Of a DNA stretch of 64,000 bases, positions 23,301-35,181 are shown piece by piece (position 1 is the stretch's first letter; each line of letters begins with the position of its first letter). Made by a program: the position numbers and the translations under genes. The stretch lies in NCBI GenBank assembly GCA_000182565.2, contig KQ257459.1, one strand, 5' to 3'. A model generated the notes under the pieces. It saw only the letters and a list, made by a program, of their open reading frames with translations. It ran no database searches and was not told the DNA's origin. Source of the DNA: Spizellomyces punctatus DAOM BR117 (taxonomy: Eukaryota).

Positions 23301-24961
23301 CTACGCTCCATGACATTTGCTGCGATGCTCAAACAAGAGCCAGGATGGTTTGATCGAGAGGAAAATCGGACAGGAGTGCTTGTGAGTCGTATCGCATCTG
23401 ACACGGCCCGGGTTAATGTCCTTGTCGGCTCGGTCATGGGGACTTTGGTGCAGTTGTTTGTGAATATCTTTGGAGGGCTGGTTGTTGCTTTTGTGACAAG
23501 CTGGAAGGTCACAGTCGTGACGATGACCTGTATTCCGTTATTGATCTTTGCTGGTGTGTTACTTTTCTTTTGTGCTGAAAGTTCATTGTCACTCATATTT
23601 TTGTTATTCCATTAGGCATGATGCAAATGGCGTCTTTGAAAGGCTTTGGCACAAAGACCAAAAAAGCCCACCAAAAGGCCGCCCATGTCGCCATCCAAGC
23701 CATGCAACACCACGGCACGGTTCAATCCCTTGGTCGCGAAACCACATTTTTGGACAAATACAATGACGCTCTTGCGGAACCGATTGCTGCTGCCCATCGA
23801 CAGGCATATGTCACAGGGTTGGGGTATGCGGCTTCGAATGGGTTAGGGTTTTTGGCGAATGCTTTGGCATTTTGGTACGGGGGGACATTGTTTGCGAAGC
23901 GGGAGATTGATATGCGACAAATGTTTACAGTGATGATTGCTACCGTTTTTGGATCCATGGCGAGTGGACGGTAACTCTCTCCTTTCTCCGAGTGCACATC
24001 CCCCGGCTTGACACTCACTTTCCACTTTTTAGTGCGAGCGGCTTTGCACCTGATATTGCGAAAGCTAAACACTCTGCGCGAGACCTTTTCTCCGTCCTAG
24101 ACCGCCACCCGCGCATTGACGCTTCTCTCCCCGGCACATCCCCCACCTCGCTGCCATCTTATCACATCTCCTTGCGCAATGTTTGGTTCGCCTACCCAAC
24201 ACGCCCAACTCAAATGGTCCTGCGAGGCCTAGATCTGGACATTGAACCTGGAACGACGGTGGCGCTTGTAGGTGGGAGTGGGAGTGGAAAGAGTACAATT
24301 GTTGGACTACTTGAACGGTTCTACGATCCCCTTCACGGCGATATTTTGGTTGATGGGCACCCGCTTGCCTCTTTGGATCTCCCGTCCTGGCGCCAACAGG
24401 TGCGTAATGCCTTATCTCATTTTCCATTTTCCTCTCATCAGTTTGCTTATTCATGATACTGTTCAGATTGGCTATGTGGGACAAGAACCCATTCTCTTTG
24501 ACACGTCCATCCGCGACAATATCACGTACGGCTCCGGGCCCGTCTCCGACGAAGTCCTTCTTTCCGCCGCAGAGAAAGCCAACGTCCACGAATTCGTGTC
24601 TGCTCTCCCACTTGGGTATGACACGCGCGTTGGAAGCAAAGCAACTCAACTCTCTGGTGGACAGCGCCAACGTATCGCTATTGCGCGTGCATTGATCCGA
24701 AACCCCCGTATCCTCCTCTTGGATGAAGCGACCTCTGCTTTGGACTCGCATTCTGAGAAATTGGTTCAAGAAGCTCTGGATCGGGTCATGCATGGTCGGA
24801 CCGCAATTGTCGTTGCGCACCGTCTGAGTACGATTCAAAATGCTGACAAGATTGTGGTTATGGACTCTGGTGCGGTTGTTGAAGTTGGAACGCATTCGGA
24901 ATTGGTGGCGTTAGGGGGTGTTTATAAGGAGTTGGTTGGGATGCAGAGTCTGGATGTATAA
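20392..24961 (+). CDS. ABC transporter subfamily B (MDR/P-glycoprotein type), full TMD-NBD-TMD-NBD
   Basis: Two Walker A motifs ([18 protein letters not shown]), two [15 protein letters not shown] signatures, [11 protein letters not shown], two TMDs and multiple GT-AG introns. Confidence 0.95.
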
Positions 24962-25827
24962 TTTGGTTGGCTTTGTTTGAGTGGAGTGGACGATGATAAA
25001 TTAATTACGATGATGGACGTAGGTTTGAGAAAAGCTAAGCAATGCATATGCATTCAGGCGTAGAATAACGAGTGTATAGGTAAACGTGCGCTGGATGCGC
25101 TTGACATTTTTGAGGTAGGTAATTGGATACCTGGGCCGTTGAGAGACTACAAGTATATAGAATGTGTTTCCGATTTACTGATGAATGAAAGGATACTTGC
25201 TTGCAATTTGCTAAATGCACTTATTTCTGGTGCCCGGTATGTGACGCTAGCATCCAGCGCCAATGCAGGCGTAACATGGAAAATGGTGATCCCGATCCAC
25301 GCACCCGCGAAAGAAAGGAGGACGATGACCCACTGCAACTCATTCAGTCACTTGTGCACATCAATAGCAGCTTGTCTACATATGGCATGCAATGCCTCCT
25401 GCATGATGAAACAGACATCAATGTCTCCGAACAAACAAGACCAGCGCTATGTTCATACCCTCGAGTTTGGTAGCTATTAGCCATTACAGACTAGACCTTA
25501 TGGAAATACATGTTGCTAGTTGCCAACAGCACACATAACAAATGGTTAAAATTGTTAAAATGGGTAAATTGAGAATTTCGGGACAAAAAGATGTTTTGGG
25601 TATTCCTACTAAAGAAGATACAATGGAGGGTTCAGCATGCTAGTATAATTACTTGAACTAATTATTAAGTGACCACCTTGCTATGAACAATTATATTTAT
25701 TCCGTTTCTTTCCTTTATTTACCTTAGGCATCAATGCTGTTTCTTTATCTATTTATTCCTCGATTTTAGTTGCTCCATTTTAGAAATTTATCATTATTGT
25801 TTATAGATAAATGAGTGTGCTGGTGAT

Positions 25828-25868
25828 GTGGTAGCTGGTATCGCCAACTATGGCACTCTTTGGATGTA
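25828..25868 (+). repeat. Short copy of an exon fragment of the neighbouring ABC transporter
   Basis: GTGGTAGCTGGTATCGCCAACTATGGCACTCTTTGGATGTA versus 23229-23277 GTGGTAGCTGGCATCGCCAACTATGGCGTGCACGCACTCTTTGGATGTA. Confidence 0.7.
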
Positions 25869-25909
25869 TCTTATAATACAATAGAAAACCCGTGATCTGT
25901 TGCATGAAT

Positions 25910-26260
25910 AACTGTCACATGACCATGACCTTGCATCGCAAATCGCTGGCCCATTTTCTGTTGCTCTATCTGAATTCCAAAGTACTGTCCCCTTATGGCC
26001 ATTAACTGAATAGCAATTACCAAGGGCGGTGGTATTTATGCTCCAATCCTGGCTATTTATCAAAAGGATTCCCAGCCTTTCTCCCCATTATTTTTGTCCT
26101 GCTGTATTTCAAGATGCCCAATGTGCAAATGGTGATGTTTATTGGCTCTAAGTAGTTGAATCTTGCAGTAGCTTAAAATACAGAGTGAAAATAAAAGGCT
26201 TTATATCGGGATATATGCGTAATATAGTATTTATAAAAGTGCTCCCGTAGCCGTATTTGC
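25910..26260. repeat. AT-rich dispersed repeat, diverged second copy at ~28058-28380
   Basis: Shared blocks such as CTGTCACATGACCA, GTTGCTCTATCTG, ACTGTCCCCTTATGGCYATTAACTG, TCTTGCAGTAG and AAAATACAGAGTGAAAATAAA. Confidence 0.7.
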
Positions 26261-26286
26261 TCATTATTTCTTGAGTCGTCTATCAA

Positions 26287-26404
26287 GTGCAGATTAGTTG
26301 AGAGTATCACGTGAATCACGTGATGGTCTGCCAATCTATACCCAGTTGGGATGTCCATTCTAGACCACCACATGACTCACGTGATACTCTCTACTAATCT
26401 GCAC
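26287..26404. mobile_element. Small MITE-like foldback (~118 bp, ~43-bp imperfect TIRs)
   Basis: GTGCAGATTAGTTGAGAGTATCACGTGAATCACGTGATGGTCT … AGACCACCACATGACTCACGTGATACTCTCTACTAATCTGCAC. Absent from the paralogous site near 28410. Confidence 0.65.
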
Positions 26405-26420
26405 ATGTTGTACCTAAGGT

Positions 26421-26917
26421 ACTGTGCCACGTTCCTATTAGTGGGGAATGGATGGATTGTACAATTACCTAAGCGGGATGGGTTGTACAACTACCTTGTA
26501 CTGTGCCACGTTCCTATTGGTGGAGAGTGGGTGGATTGTACAATTACCTTGTACGGTGCCACGTTCCTATTGGTGGAGAGTGGGTGGGTTGTACAATTAC
26601 CTTTAACTGTGCCACGTTCCTATTGGTGGAGAGTGGGTGGATTGTACAATTACCTTGTACGGTGCCACGTTCCTATTGGTGGGTGGGTGGATTGTACAAG
26701 TACCTAATATAAGTACTGTGCCACGTTTCTATTGGTGGAGAGTAGACACCAATGACACGTCAGACCAGAAGTTCCGCCCATTATAAAAGAGCGCATCCCT
26801 CTCGCGTTTCCCCCTTCCTTTATCGCGTTCATTCCAGCTTTCGCTGTTGCCTCTTCACCTGCGCAACACCTGCTTTCGCAACACCTGCTTTCGCAACACC
26901 TGCTTTCGCATCACCTG
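26421..26917 (+). repeat. Repeat family X copy A (tandem GTGCCACGTTCCTATTGGTGGAGAG units, TGACACGTCA, TATAAAA, then 15-bp tandem array into the gap)
   Basis: Six upstream units; TATAAAA 26782-26788; array CACCTGCTTTCGCAA. Homologous to 28660-28955, 33178-34207 and 34850-35733. Confidence 0.85.
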
Positions 26918-27481
26918 NNNNNNNNNNNNNNNNNNNNNNNNNNNNNNNNNNNNNNNNNNNNNNNNNNNNNNNNNNNNNNNNNNNNNNNNNNNNNNNNNNN
27001 NNNNNNNNNNNNNNNNNNNNNNNNNNNNNNNNNNNNNNNNNNNNNNNNNNNNNNNNNNNNNNNNNNNNNNNNNNNNNNNNNNNNNNNNNNNNNNNNNNNN
27101 NNNNNNNNNNNNNNNNNNNNNNNNNNNNNNNNNNNNNNNNNNNNNNNNNNNNNNNNNNNNNNNNNNNNNNNNNNNNNNNNNNNNNNNNNNNNNNNNNNNN
27201 NNNNNNNNNNNNNNNNNNNNNNNNNNNNNNNNNNNNNNNNNNNNNNNNNNNNNNNNNNNNNNNNNNNNNNNNNNNNNNNNNNNNNNNNNNNNNNNNNNNN
27301 NNNNNNNNNNNNNNNNNNNNNNNNNNNNNNNNNNNNNNNNNNNNNNNNNNNNNNNNNNNNNNNNNNNNNNNNNNNNNNNNNNNNNNNNNNNNNNNNNNNN
27401 NNNNNNNNNNNNNNNNNNNNNNNNNNNNNNNNNNNNNNNNNNNNNNNNNNNNNNNNNNNNNNNNNNNNNNNNNNNNNNNNN
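26918..27481. other. Assembly gap (N run), likely a collapsed tandem array
   Basis: Run of Ns starting inside a tandem repeat. Confidence 0.95.
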
Positions 27482-27491
27482 TCGTAGTATA

Positions 27492-28470
27492 GGCGGGATC
27501 CCACATGGCTAAGTTTGTCGATAAATTTTAACATCATTCATGGTGTTTCCTCTACTTTAATACATATCAAAAACCAGTTTAACATGCATCGGATAATAAT
27601 TTCTGTATATGTACTTTGTCACATACCCGGCCATGTCCCATCTTATAATACAATAGAAAATGTTCCAGCCCCGTGACCGGGTGCTCCCCATTTTAGGGGA
27701 CCGTCGTAATCTCACATGAATAAATGCGTCGATAAATGATTTGACATCAGCCTTGACGCCGGCTTATCCACGCTGATCATCGACGCAGTTGTCCTCTACT
27801 TTTCTGTGCACTATAGACTAGTTTCACATGCTTTAAAAATACAAAAAGAAGTGGGGTATATTCTATCCATCGGATAATAATTCTGTATATTTACTCTGTA
27901 ACATACCCGACAATATTTGTTGTTCTAGCCTAAAGGAAATCGGTGCAATTGTGGGCCATGACCAATTGAGATTTTGGAGGTTATACTCGATTTATGGGAT
28001 GCGTCTGATCATGTGAGATCTTATTGGGGAGTACCCCCGTGACCCGTTGCTTGATTTGCTGTCACATGACCACATGCACAATGATGTGATATGCATCGCA
28101 AAACGTCTGGCCCACTTTCCGTTGCTCTATCTGCTTGATTTTTCTCATCAGGATTAAAGCATCTTTTTTGCCACAACATACTGAACGTCCATTCCAAATT
28201 ACTGTCCCCTTATGGCTATTAACTGTATAGCAATTACCCAGCCCAGTGATCTTCTTCTGCCGCCAGCAATTGAGCCCCAAGTTGTATCTTGCAGTAGTTT
28301 GAAAATACAGAGTGAAAATAAAGATCTTTACCGGGATATATACATCATATAGTATATAGCAAAGGCTTCCGTACTGTAGCGGCTTTCTGTCTTTTTTTTT
28401 GATATCTGTCAAGTGCGCTGCACCTACGAGCTCACACACTAGACGCGTCTGAGCATGTGGGATCACGCCA
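27492..28470. mobile_element. Nested/degenerate copies of the MITE family seen at 34217-34530
   Basis: Left end GGCGGGATCCCACATG (27492), right end CATGTGGGATCACGCCA (28470). Inner copy ~27703-28020 shares GTCGATAAATGATTT and AAAGGAAATCGG…GTTATACT…GCGTCTGATCA with 34300-34525. Confidence 0.65.
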
Positions 28471-28505
28471 CAACCCTACTGTAGCACTCCACCACTGTTT
28501 TATGA

Positions 28506-28620
28506 CACACTGCAACTGAGATTGCAACCAAGCCCTTAACGTGACTGCAAAAGCAGAGGACAGTGACTGCGCACACTTAATTGAGTAATGCATTAGAATT
28601 TCATATTAGGGTGCCCGGCG
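28506..28620 (+). repeat. ~110-bp dispersed repeat, second copy at ~30009-30130
   Basis: CACACTGCAASTGAGATTGCAACCA…TTAACGTGACT…CAGTGA…TAATGCATT…GTGCCCGG in both copies. Confidence 0.7.
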
Positions 28621-28659
28621 CTCTGCTACTACTACTACTACTAGTCAATTACCGAATTG

Positions 28660-28955
28660 ACTGTGCCACGCTCCTATTGGTGGAGAGTGGACACCAATGA
28701 CACGTCAGATCGGATTTCCCCCATTATAAAAGAGCGCATCCCTCTCGCGTCTCCCCCATTCCTTCACGTTCATTCCTGCTTTCGCTGTTGCTGAAAGTAG
28801 AGGTGCGAAAGCCGGTGATGCAAAAGCAAGTGCCGCAAAGCGAGTCATGCCATAGGCGAGAGACGTTTCGCATCACTTGCTTTTGCATCACTCGCCTTTG
28901 GCGCTCTATTGCTACTACGACTACCTCTCTGTCGCGCTGTACTACTACTACTTGC
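28660..28955 (+). repeat. Repeat family X copy B (single upstream unit; internal 18-bp inverted repeat)
   Basis: TATAAAA 28725-28731, GAGCGCATCCCTCTCGCG leader, inverted repeat GTGATGCAAAAGCAAGTG/CACTTGCTTTTGCATCAC, and a (CTA)n tail. Confidence 0.8.
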
Positions 28956-30394
28956 CTTTTAAAGTGATGGAGTAATTGCCCAGGTCCTATCCACCTCGAT
29001 TTGGTCCGTTTAATATGGAGGAGGTGATGCATGCAGACTATATAGATTTCCAAGCTTTGCTTCCGGTAATTTTGGTATTAACTGCCATCGTATCGTAAAG
29101 AACACAACGGGATTTTCCGCTAGCCACCTTCTCCTTTTCATGTGTATTTCGACACAGCTCACTTCCTGCGTTGGTTTGCGACTTTCGATTTGTGCAAACT
29201 TACTCTGGGTGCACCTTCGTCTGTATCTTTTGGTCTCCAGCTGTCGCTTCAAGGATTGCTTTATGGACCTCACATGCGGAGGCAGAGAACTAAACATAAA
29301 AAAAACAGAAAACGGAAATGACAAAAAGGACAAGCCCATAAACCCAATTTTTCTTCTCTCATCCACGTTTTCAGAAGTTTCCAGTGAACCGAATTAAAAC
29401 TTGCTATCCTCGCCCTCAACGCCCGTCCTTGCTCTCCCTCCCTGTCAGTCATCAGATATCCACAAATACCAACCTCGTCGCATGTCCTTCACTCCCATTG
29501 ACAGGAACGTGATACTTGCTGGAACGACCATTCTGATCGCGACCCTTGTCTCCTTGTCAGCACTGACGGGACCAGTTGTTGTGGTCTTGTCGGCCTCATC
29601 TGCCCAAAGACATTTACCTCCCATCGAGCCTCCAGTGCGTATGTTGATAATTCGGTGTCTGTTCTTCCCTCTCTGCACGCGGTCTTGAATGCGCGACGGA
29701 TTATGCATGCTACCAATCATCCCGTGACCCTTCCGATGAGATGGACGTCTACTTCCCAAAGATCACGGTCCCTGCTCCTCGCCAAGTAGGTAGAAATGCG
29801 CGGTTAGGATGCTATCAAAAGGACGGACATGGCGACAACAAGGATGCCTGCCCTCGTTACGATTTAAGCTATTCCTGTTCAATGATATTTATTCTAGAGA
29901 TTTTATACAATCATCGGTCAATAGTTTTGCATCACTGTTTAATACAGATTTGATTCAGTGATATGAAGGAGTTGGTTCACCAGACAACTCAACCATTTTC
30001 AATCAAGGCACACTGCAAGTGAGATTGCAACCATCCAGTTAACGTGACTCATGAGATGTGGGCAGTGATTGCGTGCATTTAGTCGCATTAATGCATTGCA
30101 ATCTACCTAATGTACTGTACTGTGCCCGGTGATTGGCAGTAAAAATAACCTTGATGTGCCAGTCGTGAAAGGTATCTGACGTCCCAGTGGGTCATGAAAC
30201 AAAACACTCCCATGCAAAGTGGGCAAGGCAATTATTATCCCGAGGGTTTCCAAGAACAGGTCTTGCCATCATGCAAACAAAGTTCTTGTTCAGATGATAC
30301 ACGAGATGAAATCCCGTCGTGTTATATTCCGAACAATGTGATGACATGAATCTGTAGAATAATAGGTGTGACTACATGCTACTACTACACAACA

Positions 30395-31595
30395 CTAACG
30401 GTTTAGAGACGTCATCGACTGTGCATCGTACCGCTGGCCTGCGACGCCAATCTCGTTGATGGCAGCGCGAATCGCAGCATCATCCTCGGATGTAATCTTG
30501 ATATTCTGAGATGCCCAATTCGCTTCCAAATTTTCGACACGGGTGGTGCCTGGTATAGCCAAGAATTCCTCTCCTTGGTGTAAGACCCACGCCAAAGTTA
30601 ACTGGCCCGCAGTAACACCCTTTGCCTTGGCAAGTTGTTCAATGCGTTCAACGAGTTTGAGGTTTTTGTAAAAGTTTTCGCCTTGGAACCGTGGATTGCC
30701 TTTCCTCCAGTCGTCCGCGTCGAGATCATCTGGAGACTTGTATCGCCCAGTGAGGAATCCACGACCGAGCGGTGAATAAGCGACAATCGAGACGCCGAGT
30801 TCGCGGGCCGTTGCGAGAAGGCCATTTGTTTCAATGTCGAGCGTCCAAGGGCTGTACTCAACTTGGACGGCTGCTATGGGGTGTACCGCGTGCGCTCGTC
30901 GCAAAGTCTCTGCACTGCACTCCGAAAGACCAATGTATCGGATTTTGCCTTCCTTGACCAGTTCGGCGAGGGCTTTGACGGTTTCTTCGATCGGACTAGC
31001 CCAAATGTCAACAACAAGTCGGATACGATAGAATAATGGAAATGCAACTTACGTTTTCGGGTCAATACGATGCTGGTAATACAAATCAATTGTCTCAACT
31101 CCCAAGCGTTGCAAACTCTTTTCGCAGGCCTGGCGCACGTATTCGGGACTTCCATTCACACCCACAATCTGTTCTTCGTTTCTTTGAATCCCAAACTTGG
31201 TGCATAGAAAAACGTCCTTGCGACGGGTTTTGAGAATCTTTGAGAGAAAGACTTCGTTGTCCAGGTAACTAAATGTGGTGAAAAACATGCGGTGTCAAGC
31301 AGGTATCTCAGGACATGATAACCAAGATAAAACTTACATATCCGCCGTGTCCCAGAACGTGCACCCGATATCCAATGCCTTTTCAAGCGTTTTCAATGAC
31401 CTCGCTTCATCTTTCTGCCCATAAAACGCGCTCCTAAATTACGAACAAACCACGGTCACAAAAGCACCCTTACAGACGCGGCTGTCAAAACCAAAGACCT
31501 TACATTCCCATACATCCCAATCCCAGGGCATTGACGGTGGGCCCATTGCGCCCGAGCTTGCGTTGAATGGGTTTGACATCGGCAGAAGAAGGCAT
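30395..31595 (-). CDS. Aldo-keto reductase (YakC/AKR13-like)
   Basis: [79 protein letters not shown]; three introns. Confidence 0.93.
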
Positions 31596-31886
31596 GGTCG
31601 CTGGTTGTCAGAGATACTATATTGAAAACAAAAAAGCGAACGATGATCGGGGACGTCGGCCGGTCCTGCCTGCCCTTTATATAACCATTGCATGCGGCGT
31701 CATTCCCGGTGTTCCGGCCACAAGTTCTCCGCCTCGGTCTTCCGGAGGCGGCTTCTCCGCACGCCCTCAAGGCTCACAAAGGGAACACGATCGCAATGTG
31801 TCATCGCTATTACTAATCCTCTGTTGTCATGGTGTGGTTGATCACGTAAGAGGCATTCCGCCCTTCCGGAAGCCCGAAGACAAAAA

Positions 31887-32932
31887 ATGTCAATCACTCT
31901 CCTCGTCTACCCAACCGCACCAGCATCACTCTCCACGCCGCATTTCACGCCAGAGGTCCTCGCATCTCCCACCTCTAACCTGGCATGCGATATTATTGTC
32001 CTCACGCTTGGAGGCACGCATGATGGCGCGCCTGACGAAAAGGAAGCATGCCAAGAGATTGCGGTTCGGATTCGCAAAGAACAGGGCAAAGGTGTTTTCA
32101 TTATATTGTGGAGTGAACAAGTCAGCCAAAGTGCCATAGAAAGAACACGATGGCAAAAGATTGGTATCAACATGATCACTTGCATCCCAACGCACCTCAC
32201 CAGTGTTCTCTCCACTCTCCACACCCTCCTTACTTTATCACCCACCAATACAATGTATCCATGTCCCCACTGTCCAGCATGTCTTCCCCTCGAAGCCCTC
32301 CAAATCCATTTACCCCTCTACCATACCCAAGAACCTAATCGCAAATCTTCTTGTCCCATCTGCGGAGCCCACCCACGGTTTTTGGCTGTACATGTTCATA
32401 CGCACAACACAGAGCCCGGACACCGCTTGCCGCTCTTTGCACTTGTGGTGTGTATAAAGGACAATAAAGTCCTTTTAGTGGATGAGGTAGCAGGGCAGGG
32501 ATGGTGGATTCCTGGTGGGGGCGTCGATCCAGGTGAGGATTTCTGTGAGGCGGCCACGCGGGAGGTGTGGGAAGAGACGGGGATGGAAGTCGAATTAAAA
32601 GGGGTGCTGAGGATCGAAGTGTCGCCAGGAGAGGGATACCCGAGAATGAGAGTGATCTTTTATGCAGAGGTGTGTGCTTGTGTTATTGGGTTCATTGCGA
32701 GCATTTTTTTTATGAAACGTGCCATTAGCCAATATCCACTAGCCCGCCACCCAAATCCATACCTGACTATGAAAGCGCTGGAGCTTGCTTTGTTTCTCCA
32801 ACAGAACTGGATTCCCTTCCCCTCCGAGGACGCGAGCCCGTCCTCTGGTGCACCTACCTCCAACAAGGCGGGATCATCCATTCGTTGAGTGTAATGGGTA
32901 AAGAGTGGGCGCGACCTGCTATCGGATCTTGA
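31887..32932 (+). CDS. Nudix hydrolase (NUDT18-like) with Zn-finger and N-terminal receiver-like domain
   Basis: Nudix box GGGVDPGEDFCEAATREVWEETG; CPHC…H…H and CPIC…H..H motifs. Intron 32670-32728, then PKSIPDYESAGACF; stop 32930-32932. Confidence 0.85.
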
Positions 32933-33177
32933 ATTATCATACTTGAAGCAATGATAATAGGACAGAGTTCAAGGGACTGGTCAAAGGGCAGGTTTTGGGA
33001 ACGTTTTAAAAGACTCTTTACATGTATTACATCCATCAATAGTACAAATGCAACTGATATATTGGGTCGGATTATCCCAAAGTCCCGCATCAATTATTTA
33101 CACTGATACAATATACATGAGTGGTGAACTTCTTCCAAAGTCCCACTTCAATTTATTACACTCTGCAGTATACATGA

Positions 33178-34207
33178 AGCAGTAGTAGTAGTAGTAGTAG
33201 TTTATTCGGGCGCGACAGCGAAGTAGTAGTAGTAGTAGTAGAAGTGATGCCAGAGGCGAGACGCAAAAGCGAGTGATGCAAAGCAAAAGTGATGCCAGAG
33301 GCGAGACGCAAAAGCGAGTGATGCAAAGCAAAAGTAATGCCAGAGGCGAGACGCAAAAGCGAGTGATGCAAAGCAAAAGTAATGCCAGAGGCGAGACGCA
33401 AAAGCGAGTGATGCAAAGCAAAAGTAATGCCAGAGGCGAGACGCACAGCGGAAGATGCCAGAGGCGAGACGCACAGCGGGAGATGCCAGAGGCGAGACGC
33501 AAAAGCGAGTGATGCAAAGCAAAAGTAATGCCAGAGGCGAGACGCAAAAGCGAGTGATGCAAAGCAAAAGTAATGCCAGAGGCGAGACGCAAAAGCGAGT
33601 GATGCAAAGCAAAAGTAATGCCAGAGGCGAGACGCAAAAGCGAGTGGGAGATGCCAGAGGCGAGACGCAACAGCGAGAGACGCAACAGCGGGAGATGCCA
33701 GAGGCGAGACGCAACAGCGAGAGACGCAACAGCGGGAGATGCCAGAGGCGAGACGCAAAAGCGAGAGACGCACAGCGGGAGATGCCAGAGGCGAGACGCA
33801 CAGCGAGAAATGCCAGAGGCGAGACGCAACAGCGGGAGATGCCAGAGGCGAGACGCAAAAGCGAGAGACGGAAAAGACGACGGCGGGTGCGCGATCTTCT
33901 TCGCTGTTGCCTCTCCTTTTGGCGAAGAAGAGGCAACAGCGAAAGCTGGAATGAACGCGATAAAGGATTGGGGGGAAACGCGAGAGGGATGCGCTCTTTT
34001 ATAGAGGAGGATTTTCTGGTCTGACGTGTCATTGTGTCTGCTCTCCACCAATAGGAACGTGGCACAGTACTGATATTAGGTAATTGGCAAATCCACCCAC
34101 TCTCCACCAATAGGAACGTGGCACAGTACAAGGTAATTGTACAACCCATCCACTTAGGTAATTGTACAATCCACCCACTCTCCACCAATAGGAACGTGGC
34201 ACAGCAC
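33178..34207 (-). repeat. Repeat family X copy C: upstream units, TATA, hairpin, 45-bp and shorter tandem arrays, AATAAA+(CTA)n
   Basis: TATAAAA 34003-33997; 15-bp perfect stem 33900-33914/33929-33943; 45-bp unit GTRATGCCAGAGGCGAGACGCAAAAGCGAGTGATGCAAAGCAAAA; AATAAA 33206-33201. Confidence 0.9.
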
Positions 34208-34216
34208 ATTAGGTAA

Positions 34217-34530
34217 TGGCGTGATCCCACATGATCAGATACATCCCATAAATCAAGTACAACGGGTACTCCCCAAAATAACGTACTGTCGCATGACCAG
34301 ACGCGTCGATAAATGATTTAACATCGGACTTGACGCGGAAAGTCTAAGATCAGCATTGACTCTGTTTTCCTCTACTTTTCTACATATTAAAAACTAGTTT
34401 AACATGCATACCCTGCAATATTTGTGAAAATTGTCAAAAGGAAATCGGTCTAAGTGTTGGCCGTGTCCAATTAAGGTTTGGGGGGTTATACTTGATTTAT
34501 GGACGCGTCTGATCAGGTGGGATCACGCCA
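34217..34530. mobile_element. MITE (~314 bp, ~46-bp imperfect TIRs, possible TA target duplication)
   Basis: TGGCGTGATCCCACATGATCAGATACATCCCATAAATCAAGTACAAC … GTTATACTTGATTTATGGACGCGTCTGATCAGGTGGGATCACGCCA; TA one base outside each end. Confidence 0.75.
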
Positions 34531-34849
34531 GTACAACGAGTATCGAATATATGATGGGACAGATCACAGCAGAAACAAATGCGTTAAACCAGGTTTGATG
34601 GCATGGCCATACCGCCTTAGCAATTGCTATGAAATAGTGCGTTGAATGAATGCAACCACAACGAACCCACAATGGAAGAAAGTACAAAATATTAAATTCA
34701 AACCGCTGTATTAACCGCTGTTTGGTGTCCCATCATACTCGACACAGTACTACGGAGTGGCGTTGAGAAACGACCCTCGTAACCCCCGTGACCCCACGTG
34801 ACCCAAATCCAGAACACTGTCACGTGTGGTGCGAAAGCAAGTGATGGAG

Positions 34850-34966
34850 TAGTAGTAGTAGTTTATTTGGGCGCGACAGCGAAGAAGTAGTAGTAGTAGT
34901 AGTAGAGCGCGACAGCGAAGAAGTACTAGTAGTAGTAGTAGTAGTAGTAGTAGAGCGCGACAGCGA

Positions 34967-34998
<32 letters not shown>

Positions 34999-35011
34999 AG
35001 CGCGACAGCGA

Positions 35012-35043
<32 letters not shown>

Positions 35044-35059
35044 GAGAGCGCGACAGCGA

Positions 35060-35124
<65 letters not shown>

Positions 35125-35137
35125 AGCGCGACAGCGA

Positions 35138-35181
<44 letters not shown>

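Noticed and set aside
20392-24961. ABCB transporter as partner of the solute-binding protein
   Set aside because: It is a eukaryotic MDR exporter about 23 kb away, and this class does not use SBPs.
25139-25480. Possible Helitron-like coding fragment
   Set aside because: Similarity too weak; no Rep or helicase motifs found.
26752-27537. ORFs spanning X runs
   Set aside because: Artefacts of the N gap.
28062-29400. ORFs 28062-28466 and 29010-29366 as genes
   Set aside because: They lie in or beside decayed repeats; the paralogue of the first has stops; no recognisable domain.
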